From Rhizomicrobium sp. (lineage in GTDB: Bacteria; Pseudomonadota; Alphaproteobacteria; Micropepsales; Micropepsaceae): a stretch of DNA of 64,000 nucleotides. The DNA is taken from positions 2,688-66,687 of the forward strand of contig DASXYZ010000002.1 in NCBI GenBank assembly GCA_036502185.1. The letters are read 5' to 3'. The notes beneath the pieces are model-generated. The model made no database searches, was not told where the DNA came from, and worked only from the letters and a program-made list of their open reading frames with translations. Positions 21,955 through 29,921 of this stretch are shown in pieces; positions within the stretch are counted from its first letter, which is position 1, and every line of letters starts with the position of its first letter. Both the position numbers and the translations under genes were made by a program.

Positions 21955-22860
21955 TCACCCTCCCGTCTTTCCCGTCCACTCCCAATGCCACGGCTCGAAG
22001 GCGTAGTTCGCGAAACCGAAGCGCGAGGCGTTCCGGACGAGCCAGCGATAACCGATCGAGCGGGACAGATAGAGACGGTTCGCATCGGCAGAGGAATCCG
22101 GCGCAAATCCGGGCGCCGCGCCGAGGTACAAATCCATCGCGAGGCCTGTGCGATGCGCCGAGCAGGTCGCGCGTATCACGCCCTGACAATTGTTTTCGCG
22201 CGCACAACGCGCCGCGTCTTCATCGGGACTGCGGTAGCCGGAAAAAATCGTGAAGAGTTTCGGGTCGGAGTCGAGCGCGGGTTGCTTGTTTCGCGCGGCC
22301 GCTACCATCATCCGGTAAGCGGCCAGAGCCTGCGGCCGCAAGAAGATGTGCTTGCCGCCATAGCTCTCGCCTGGTGCGGCCTCAGCGAGATCCGAAGCTT
22401 GCGGCGCCGGCGGGCAACCCTTTTGCGATTCCGTCACGAACGGCCGACGCTGCTCCCAGACTTGGTACATCTGCGCGAACGTACCGGGATCCAGCACGCC
22501 CGTACCGGGAAGGGCATGTTTCTTCTGCCATCCCGCGAGGCTCGCGGCAAAGCCCGGCGAGCCGGCGGGGCATGCCGTGCCTATTTCCTGCGCTATCAGC
22601 GGTTCGTACATATCCCAGCCTGTTTCGGGGCGCTTGAATGGGGCCCATTTCAGGGCATCGAGGGATGCAGCGTTTTTCGCGGCCGCCGCGCCGGAACCAA
22701 CTTCGCACGGGCTCGTCGACGCCCACGCTCCGGTTGAGGCGACGAGCACGAACAATCCGGCAATCAGCCCGGCATGCACATGCCCGGCCGCCCGGCTGGA
22801 AACCGGGGGAACCGGATGCCCCGGCCGGCTTTGCTTTGATGTAGAGTTCTCCGGATGCAT
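21955..22860 (-). CDS. D-Ala-D-Ala carboxypeptidase (M15/VanY-like) with a peptidoglycan-binding-like segment
   Basis: SGYRSP, SAHRTGLAMD (SxHxxGxAxD), EPWHW; signal-like hydrophobic stretch; start uncertain. Confidence 0.85.
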   Translation of the reverse strand: MHPENSTSKQSRPGHPVPPVSSRAAGHVHAGLIAGLFVLVASTGAWASTSPCEVGSGAAAAKNAASLDALKWAPFKRPETGWDMYEPLIAQEIGTACPAGSPGFAASLAGWQKKHALPGTGVLDPGTFAQMYQVWEQRRPFVTESQKGCPPAPQASDLAEAAPGESYGGKHIFLRPQALAAYRMMVAAARNKQPALDSDPKLFTIFSGYRSPDEDAARCARENNCQGVIRATCSAHRTGLAMDLYLGAAPGFAPDSSADANRLYLSRSIGYRWLVRNASRFGFANYAFEPWHWEWTGKTGG

Positions 22861-23937
22861 TTCGCTCAATCCAAACGAACTACACGCACACAGCGTCTTC
22901 TTCACGCCGGACTCGTGGCGTTCGGCATTTCCCTTCCTGTCGCGAACCTTCTTGCACAACCCCCACACCCCAATTCCGGCAGCGCAACGACGCCCATGCC
23001 CGCGGCCTCCCAGCAGCCGCAGGCCCAGGCCATCGAGGCGAGCACGTTTTCGGACAGCCTCCCGCCTGAAGCCCAACCTGCTCTTCTGACGAAAGTCGAA
23101 ACATTGCTCGACCGGGCTCATTTCTCACCGGGTGTGATCGACGGAAGGCCGGGCGTCAATCTGCACAATGCGCTCGCCGCTTATGCCGAAGCGCACGGGC
23201 TTGCTTCCGACGGCACCCTGACCGCGCAGCTATTCAATGCACTGAGTAGTGCAGACAAGGTCCCAATCACGCAGGATTACACCGTCACGGCCGATGACGA
23301 GAAGGGACCGTTCATCGGACACGTTCCGAGCGATTTCCGTGCACTCGCAAAATTCAAACATCTCGGCTACCGGGATGTCGTGCAGGAGCTCGCGGAAAAG
23401 TTTCACATGAGCGAAGCGCTCCTGCGCGGGCTCAATCCAAATGCGAATTTCCGCACGGCCGGTACGTCGATCGTCGCGGTGCGTCCGGGAAACGGCGATC
23501 TTCGCGGCCCGATCGCGCGCGTCGAGGTCAACAAGAGTACCAATCAGGTCAGTGCGTTCGACAACGCCGGGACTCTCATCGCCGTCTTTCCGGCAACCGT
23601 CGGAAGCACCGAACGGCCGGCGCCGAGCGGGCGCTGGGCCGTCAAGTTCGTGACCTTCAATCCCAAATACATCTACAACCCGAAGCGGCTCACCTTCGGC
23701 CACAAATCGAAACGCGTGCTCACCATCGCGCCGGGTCCGAACAATCCGGTGGGAACAACCTGGATCGAATTGACGAAGCCGACCTACGGAATCCACGGTG
23801 CGCCCGACCCGGAGCTTGTCGGAAAGACGGCGTCGCACGGTTGCGTGCGGCTCACGAACTGGGACGCCGCGGCGCTCGGGCATGCCGTGAAAAAAGGTAC
23901 GCCGGTGCTGTTTGTCGGGCAGACGAACAAGAAATAG
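22855..23937 (+). CDS. L,D-transpeptidase (YkuD family) with peptidoglycan-binding domain
   Basis: HFSPGVIDG, YGIHG.....VGKTASHGCVRLTNWDA catalytic motif; start uncertain. Confidence 0.9.
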   Translation: MHFAQSKRTTRTQRLLHAGLVAFGISLPVANLLAQPPHPNSGSATTPMPAASQQPQAQAIEASTFSDSLPPEAQPALLTKVETLLDRAHFSPGVIDGRPGVNLHNALAAYAEAHGLASDGTLTAQLFNALSSADKVPITQDYTVTADDEKGPFIGHVPSDFRALAKFKHLGYRDVVQELAEKFHMSEALLRGLNPNANFRTAGTSIVAVRPGNGDLRGPIARVEVNKSTNQVSAFDNAGTLIAVFPATVGSTERPAPSGRWAVKFVTFNPKYIYNPKRLTFGHKSKRVLTIAPGPNNPVGTTWIELTKPTYGIHGAPDPELVGKTASHGCVRLTNWDAAALGHAVKKGTPVLFVGQTNKK

Positions 23938-24028
23938 GCGATTCACCCGGAGTATCGATTTTCCCCGGGGTTGACGCTTCCCGCCCTGTCGCCGAATCTG
24001 TCGGTCGCAGCAAACAACGGGGGGACCC

Positions 24029-24427
24029 ATGACGGCAACAGACCTTGCGCGATTTCCCGTCCATCTCGGGCGCGGCGCAACTGCCCTCAGCCAGCCGGAA
24101 TTTCACGGCGATCCCGCGTGGTACGCGGACTACGGCGAACGCCACGCGGCCGACGGCGCGGAGGGGCGACTCGTCGGCATGCACACATTCCGCGAACCAT
24201 GGTCGAGCTGGGAAATGCATCCCGCCGGCAGCGAAGTTGTCGTGTGCGTGAGCGGTACGCTCGTGCTTCATCAGGAGCAGGCCGATGGCTCCGTTATCAC
24301 GACGACGCTTGCGCCCGGCCAATACGCGATCAACCCGCCGGGCACATGGCACACCGCCGATGTTTCAAGCGAGACGACCGCGTTCTTCATCACCGCCGGT
24401 CTCGGAACCGAGGTGCGGTCCCGCTGA
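24029..24427 (+). CDS. Cupin domain protein
   Basis: WEMHPAGSEVVVCVSG, INPPGTWHTAD cupin motifs. Confidence 0.85.
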   Translation: MTATDLARFPVHLGRGATALSQPEFHGDPAWYADYGERHAADGAEGRLVGMHTFREPWSSWEMHPAGSEVVVCVSGTLVLHQEQADGSVITTTLAPGQYAINPPGTWHTADVSSETTAFFITAGLGTEVRSR

Positions 24428-24455
24428 TCGATCCGTTCCGCGCGAAGGCGATTCG

Positions 24456-24480
24456 GGAACCCGTCCCCGCCGCACGCGTT
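24456..24480 (+). promoter_or_regulatory. Sigma-EcfG (general stress response) promoter
   Basis: GGAAC (24456-24460) - 16 nt - CGTT (24477-24480), matching the EcfG/SigT/RpoE2 consensus. Confidence 0.7.
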
Positions 24481-24508
24481 CGGTGAATGCTTTTTGTTGG
24501 GGGAACCC

Positions 24509-24589
24509 ATGCGCTCCTGCCTCCTCTGGATGATCGGCGTGCCGATCCCGATCATCATCATCATCTGGCTGATCGTCGGGCACGCCTAG
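24509..24589 (+). CDS. 26-aa single-helix membrane microprotein (MRSCLLWMIGVPIPIIIIIWLIVGHA)
   Basis: ATG preceded by GGGGGA; hydrophobic; resembles the recalled alphaproteobacterial 'LLW.LG.P.PII.L' microprotein pattern; below the ORF-track cutoff. Confidence 0.7.
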   Translation: MRSCLLWMIGVPIPIIIIIWLIVGHA

Positions 24590-24627
24590 GCGAGCGCCCG
24601 TCCCTTCCCTTATCGAGGAATAACGCC

Positions 24628-25380
24628 ATGGCCGAATCGCTCGTCGCTGCAGGTGAAGAAAACACCGATTTCCGTTTCTCATGGGGACTCGCCATTGCCG
24701 GCGGCATCGTCGCCGCCGGCGTGACCTTCTTTCTGCTCTTGTTCGGCGCCGGTTTCGGGCTTCTCCTCCTCGATCCGACGAAGCCGGCCGGGCCGCCCGT
24801 CTTTCTCACCGGAAGCGCCGTCTATTTCTTCGCGGCGCAGGCCTTCGGATTTGCCATGGGAGGTTATCTCGCCGGCCGCATGCTCGGACCACAGATTGAA
24901 ACCCGCCTCGAGGAGGAGTTTCGCGCGGCAGCGCATGGCCTGGTCGCCTGGGCCGTCACGATCTTCGCCAGCCTGTGCATGGTCGCGCTGGCCGGTGTCG
25001 CCGGGCTGGGCGGTGGCCTGACCGTAAAGCCACTTTATGGTGCCAACGTCGTGCCCGGTACCGGCGCGTTGTCGACCGCCTATGTCGTGGATGGCCTGTA
25101 CTGGCCGGAAATGGCGCGAGCGGCGCTCCCGAATTCGGCGACCAACGCCAACACCGCAGCGGGACCCGATGCCGCCGCGGGGATGCCGGCCAATGACCAG
25201 GCGCGCATGGGCAGCGCGGACGACGCGCGCAAAGTCGCCAGCTACGCCACTTTGTGGATTGCCCTTTCGCTGCTCTTCGGCGGTCTTGTTTCGGTGTTCG
25301 CGGCGATCGTCGGGCGCATCGAGGACGATCGTGAATTCTGGGTACCTTGGCAGGCCTTCCGCGGCCGTCGCCCGATCTGA
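24628..25380 (+). CDS. Conserved multi-pass membrane protein of unknown function
   Basis: GAGG RBS; four or more hydrophobic segments; GGYLAGRM, AHGLVAWA; start moved to 24628. Confidence 0.75.
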   Translation: MAESLVAAGEENTDFRFSWGLAIAGGIVAAGVTFFLLLFGAGFGLLLLDPTKPAGPPVFLTGSAVYFFAAQAFGFAMGGYLAGRMLGPQIETRLEEEFRAAAHGLVAWAVTIFASLCMVALAGVAGLGGGLTVKPLYGANVVPGTGALSTAYVVDGLYWPEMARAALPNSATNANTAAGPDAAAGMPANDQARMGSADDARKVASYATLWIALSLLFGGLVSVFAAIVGRIEDDREFWVPWQAFRGRRPI

Positions 25381-25419
25381 CACGCGGGACATTGCACCGT
25401 CTCCGAGTGGGGCGCGGAA

Positions 25420-25680
25420 ATGCGAATCCTCGCCTGGCTCATTCACGGCTTTTTCGATCCTATGGGGATCGTTCTCGGCCTTGCAGCAGGATTGGTGGTC
25501 CGGCGGCGCTGGCACGCGGCCTTGGGCGGGGCTGCGCTGGGTGCGCTCGCGACTACAGTCGTCGCCCGATATCATCACGCTCCAATGGAGATGCGGCCCA
25601 CGGTGACCGCCGCGATCGTCTCCGGCGGCTGGGGGTTCGTAGCTTTCTTGCTGCGCCGATGGCTTAGTGGCGCGATGTAG
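25420..25680 (+). CDS. Small hydrophobic hypothetical protein
   Basis: 86 aa, about three TM-like segments. Confidence 0.55.
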   Translation: MRILAWLIHGFFDPMGIVLGLAAGLVVRRRWHAALGGAALGALATTVVARYHHAPMEMRPTVTAAIVSGGWGFVAFLLRRWLSGAM

Positions 25681-25706
25681 AGTTTTGGCCCCGGTGCTCC
25701 GCGTAT

Positions 25707-25950
25707 TCAATCGCTGCAAGACGCCAAGCCGGTCGAGCAGGAACCCCGTACCGTGTTCGCGCGAGCCGGCATCGTCATGGCGTCGAGAAGAACGCTCTGC
25801 TTGGTGACAGTCAGTCTCGTTCGATGCGGTCCGTCTGCAGTGATCTGGATGGTGGCCAGCGACACCGAAACTTTCCTGTTGTCGAGATGCATTTCGAAGA
25901 TAATGCGCTCGTTGTGAACGATGTGGTGTTAGAGCGCGTCGAAGGTGGAG
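25707..25950 (-). pseudogene. SRPBCC/AHSA1-family gene remnant (5'-truncated, internal stop, frameshift)
   Basis: STFDAL*HHIVHNERII..EMHLDNRKVSVSLATI..TRLTVT.Q..LLD, then a frame change to HDDAGSREHGTGFLLDRLG. Confidence 0.8.
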
Positions 25951-25992
25951 GCGTCTCTCCTCGCCGCCAAGCATTTTATTAACGAGGGCGGC

Positions 25993-26793
25993 CTAGGGAG
26001 CGACATCGAGTTCGGAAAAACTGTCGGAGATGCTCGGGTTCTTGGCTTTTGCGGCCGCGACGTCCGTATTTCCAAGCCTTGCGTCGCCGCCCTTCAGCGC
26101 AATCACCCCGCGCACGTAGAGCGCACCCGCGAGCTTCGGATCGATTGTAAGCGCCCGGTCGAAATCAGCCGCTGCATCCTTCAGGTGTCCAAGGCGGTAT
26201 TGAAGGAGTCCCGCAGCGCCCAGCACCTGCGTGTTTGCGGAATCCCGCTTCATCGCCTGCGTGCAATCCGCCAGCGCCTTGTCGAGATCGGTTTTTGCGA
26301 TCGTGCGGACACGGCAGCGGATGGCATAGGAGATCGCCGCGTCGGGCGAGAGCCGGAAAATCTCCGCCGTGTCGGCGAGCGCGAGGTCCGGCTTGCCGAT
26401 CAGCGCATAGAGTTCCGCGCGGCCTTCGAGCGCGCCCGTCAGCGCCCCCTTGGTGGGCAGGGCTATTTGCGATCCCGGCGAGATGACCGATTCGCGTCTT
26501 TCTGCCACGCCGAGCGACTCGTAGGCGATTGCACGGCTGTAGGACTGGATGGCATCCGGATATCTGTGCTCCTGGCGATACAGCGCGCCAAGCGCCGTCA
26601 ACACTGCAATTTCGCTGTTGGGGCCGCCGCCGTTATTGAGCAGGCGCGTGCAGAACGCGATACGGCGCTCGGGCGACAGCCTCGCATCCGTGCAGCGGCT
26701 CCAGCTGTTGAAGAAAGACTGCGCCAGGACAGTAGGTCCGGGCGAGAGGGCAAATGCGAGGGTCAGCGCCCCAAATAATCGGGGTGTTCGCAT
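25993..26793 (-). CDS. Secreted tetratricopeptide-repeat protein
   Basis: Signal peptide (...VLAQ); TPR helices ALGALYRQEHRYPDAIQSY, DLDKALADC, AAADFDRAL. Confidence 0.8.
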   Translation of the reverse strand: MRTPRLFGALTLAFALSPGPTVLAQSFFNSWSRCTDARLSPERRIAFCTRLLNNGGGPNSEIAVLTALGALYRQEHRYPDAIQSYSRAIAYESLGVAERRESVISPGSQIALPTKGALTGALEGRAELYALIGKPDLALADTAEIFRLSPDAAISYAIRCRVRTIAKTDLDKALADCTQAMKRDSANTQVLGAAGLLQYRLGHLKDAAADFDRALTIDPKLAGALYVRGVIALKGGDARLGNTDVAAAKAKNPSISDSFSELDVAP

Positions 26794-26859
26794 CGAAGCC
26801 GTCCAGCGCCCAGCGCGCTCATCCTGACCATGACAACCAAGCTCCAACCTTCTTGACGC

Positions 26860-27650
26860 TCATGGGGGAACTCCGTAGGCGGCGTACTCATCGGCGATCT
26901 GCGGATCGCGGTCCTTTGCTGCGGTAATGTCGGCCTTTCTCCAACAACGTCGCCATTCCTCAACTTAATAATCCCGCGCATGTAAAGGGAGCTTTCGAGA
27001 TGGGGTTCTCGGTCCAAGGCGGATTGGAAATCGGACGCTGCTTCATTCAGTTTACCCAGTTCGAATTCGACCAAACCGCGCGAGTCCAACACGTCCGCGT
27101 TGTGGGGATCGTTCTTGAGAGCCACATTGCAATCCGCCAGTGCCAAATCGAGATCCTTGCCGGCAATTGCACGAACCCAGCAGCGCTTGCCGTAACGCTC
27201 GGGTTCTTCGGGGGTGATCTTTATTGCGTCATTGAGATCGTCTATCGCGCTGGCATACTGCCCGCTCAGCGCCAATACCTCGTCAAGCCCCTCACGGGCC
27301 TCGCCAAACGCTTTTCCCGAGTATCCACCCAGAGCCGATTTGAAAGCGTCGATGGCAAAGTCGAATTTGCGCTGTTCCATATACGCATAGCCGATTTGGG
27401 TCCAGGCATCGGCATCATCGCCATGGCCTCTACCAATCATGCTCCGGCAGTATTGGATGCGCCGTTCAGGCTCGATTCGTCTGTTGCTGCACCGGCTCCA
27501 GTAATCAAAATGATTCGAGGCGCCCAGGAAGTAGCTGTTCGGATTGATGGGCTGCGGCGCGCCCTGCCCGGAGCCGGTCACAAAGAACAAAGCAGCCAGA
27601 AGGAGACTGCGCGGTAATCTCAAGATGCGCCCCTCACAAGGGATGTTCAT
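26860..27650 (-). CDS. Secreted TPR protein, paralog of the downstream gene, with an apparent frameshift near 26938
   Basis: Shared WSRC..PERRI..C and DL..ALADC motifs; the family C-terminus ADITAAKDRDPQIADEYAAYGVPP* is in another frame; the unshifted frame runs to 26763. Confidence 0.7.
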
Positions 27651-28522
27651 CGCACTGCACGCCCGCGACCCCGGCCGGCAGCACTGGCTACGACAATGCC
27701 CGTCTCCTCGCCAGGCGGCGTTTCGTATTGGCGGTAGGCGGGCATTTCGTCGAGGCGAACGAAGCTGTAACCCTCTTCGATGAGCGGCGGCACGATCTCG
27801 GAAACCAGTGCCGCAGACTGGGTGTTGATGCAGTGGATCAGCACCACGCCGCCATCCTTGCGGCGGATCTCGCGCATGTAGCCCTTGGCGCAGGTCGCCG
27901 CATTCCAGCCGCGGCGCCAGCAATCCCAGTCCGCGGAACTGAGGACGTAACCGTCGTCGCTGAGGCTCGTCTCGCCGCCTTCGTCCCACCAGACGGGTCC
28001 CACATATTTTCGCAGATTGGGATCGGCGTTGAGTGCATGGGCGAAAGCCGGCCGCCACGACCCATATGGGGCGCGAAAGTAGAATTTTGCGCCATCCGGC
28101 ATTAGCGGCGCGATCAGATCGTCAACGCGCCGGATCTGGTCGAGCAGCAGATCCGGATTGTCGGCATAGCTTTGGTCGAGAAAGATATGCCTCTCGGTGT
28201 GATTGCCGAGGAGATGTCCCTCCGCGGCGATCCGCGCGAGAATGGCCGGATGGGCTTCAGCCATCTGTCCGACGATGAAGAACGTTGCCTTGACGCTGAG
28301 CGTCTTCAGCGTATCGAGGACCGCGGGCGTGTAGCGGTTCGGACCGTCGTCGAAGGTCAGCGCCACGGCGTGTGAATGCGGAAGCCCCGACTCGTAGATG
28401 TCGGTTGGTTGGAACCAGGCGACCTCGAGGCGGGGCGCGCGTGGTGCGGACCGGACCCCGGCCGTCGTCGACACCGAAAAAATAGCCGCCAGTCCGAGGA
28501 CTGCCGCCATACCCCTGCGCAT
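27647..28522 (-). CDS. Polysaccharide deacetylase (NodB/CE4 family), secreted
   Basis: ALTFDDGP, GNHTERH, FRAPYG, GGVVLIH motifs. Confidence 0.9.
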   Translation of the reverse strand: MRRGMAAVLGLAAIFSVSTTAGVRSAPRAPRLEVAWFQPTDIYESGLPHSHAVALTFDDGPNRYTPAVLDTLKTLSVKATFFIVGQMAEAHPAILARIAAEGHLLGNHTERHIFLDQSYADNPDLLLDQIRRVDDLIAPLMPDGAKFYFRAPYGSWRPAFAHALNADPNLRKYVGPVWWDEGGETSLSDDGYVLSSADWDCWRRGWNAATCAKGYMREIRRKDGGVVLIHCINTQSAALVSEIVPPLIEEGYSFVRLDEMPAYRQYETPPGEETGIVVASAAGRGRGRAVR

Positions 28523-28772
28523 CGCATTTCCCCCACGCGCGAAGCTCTTCTGACGGGAACCCTACGCTCAGCCAGCGGAAGCGGCAATTCGTCACCAACC
28601 GTGAAGCGGGGGGCCGCAAGCGCGCAATCCTGGGTCGACTGCGTGAATTCGCGGTCATTTCTCGCTCATGTTCCACGACCGCCGGTCGGGCCGTGATAGG
28701 ACGCCACACCGCGAGGTCATCATGGATCTTCCCGACTCCATCACATCGGCTCAGATGGGAAGGGTTGTCCTC

Positions 28773-29891
28773 ATGCTGAGCCTGTCGAAGCGCGCATGGC
28801 GCATATCCAGGGCGATGCTGTTATTCGTCCTCGTTACTTCGTCTGCGTTCGCTCAGCAGCAGCGTTCGGCGCCGCCGTCAGTCGGCGTGTTACCGGCCCG
28901 GGTGGTCAAGATGCCGCCAAAGGCCGTGTTGCCGGGCACCGTCGTATCGCGCAATGATTCCCAGCTGGCCTCCGAAGTGGAAGGGCGCATTGCGTCGGTA
29001 GCTGAAGTCGGCACCGTCGTCTCCAAAGGCGGCATCGTGGCGCGCGTAGACAGCAGCCTCGCCGCCATGCAACTCGCCTCGGACAGGGCCAATGTCGCAC
29101 GCCTTTCGGCGCAGCTTCATTTCGACCACGATCAGGCGCAGCGGATGGAGAACTTGTTCGCACAGAACGCGGTCGCGAAAAGCACGCGCGACCAGTCGGT
29201 TTCGACGCGCGACATGGATGTGGCGGCGCTCGCGCAGGCCGAGGCTGCCGTCAAGAAGAGCCAATACCAGTTCGATCACAGCGACATCCGTGCGCCGTTT
29301 CCGGGCCGCGTCGTTGCGCGCCTGATCAACCCTGGCGAATACGCGACCCCCGGCAAACCTATCGTGCGCCTCGTCGACATTGGTGCGACGGAAGTCAGCG
29401 TGCAGATTCCGATCGAAACGTCGAACTATCTGCGCGAAGGCCTGCCGCTCACCGTCGAGATCGAAGGTTGCGAAGCCACAGCAAAGGTTCGCGCGATCGT
29501 TCCCGTGGGCGATGTGGCGAGCCGGACAATTGAACTCCGGCTTACGCTCCCCGCAGGCAGCGGATTCGTTGGCGATGCCGCGAAGGTCTTCATTCCTTCC
29601 GCGCAGCCGCATGAGGTCATCGCCGTGCCGCGCGACGCGCTCGTGCTCAGGGAAGACAACACCTACGTGTTCAAGGTGGACCGGAAGGGTGTCGCCCAGC
29701 GCGTCGCGGTGCAGACCGGCGCCGAAGAGGGTTCACTCGTCGAAGTGCACGGCCCCATTGCGGCCGGCGAACGCGTGATCGTGCGCGGCGCCGAACGCCT
29801 CGAAGCCGGCCAGAAGGTACGGCCCGTGTTTGCGTCGTGGCTGCCTGAAAAATATGAAACTCCATTGTCATTCCCGCTTGCGCGGGAATGA
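28773..29891 (+). CDS. RND efflux periplasmic adaptor (MFP) subunit
   Basis: Lipoyl/hairpin pattern, IRAPFPGRV, PGEY, VPRDALV, GERVIVRG; start could be further upstream (28722). Confidence 0.88.
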   Translation: MLSLSKRAWRISRAMLLFVLVTSSAFAQQQRSAPPSVGVLPARVVKMPPKAVLPGTVVSRNDSQLASEVEGRIASVAEVGTVVSKGGIVARVDSSLAAMQLASDRANVARLSAQLHFDHDQAQRMENLFAQNAVAKSTRDQSVSTRDMDVAALAQAEAAVKKSQYQFDHSDIRAPFPGRVVARLINPGEYATPGKPIVRLVDIGATEVSVQIPIETSNYLREGLPLTVEIEGCEATAKVRAIVPVGDVASRTIELRLTLPAGSGFVGDAAKVFIPSAQPHEVIAVPRDALVLREDNTYVFKVDRKGVAQRVAVQTGAEEGSLVEVHGPIAAGERVIVRGAERLEAGQKVRPVFASWLPEKYETPLSFPLARE

Positions 29892-29921
29892 CAATGTTTG
29901 AAAAAATGCGCGAGCTGACGA

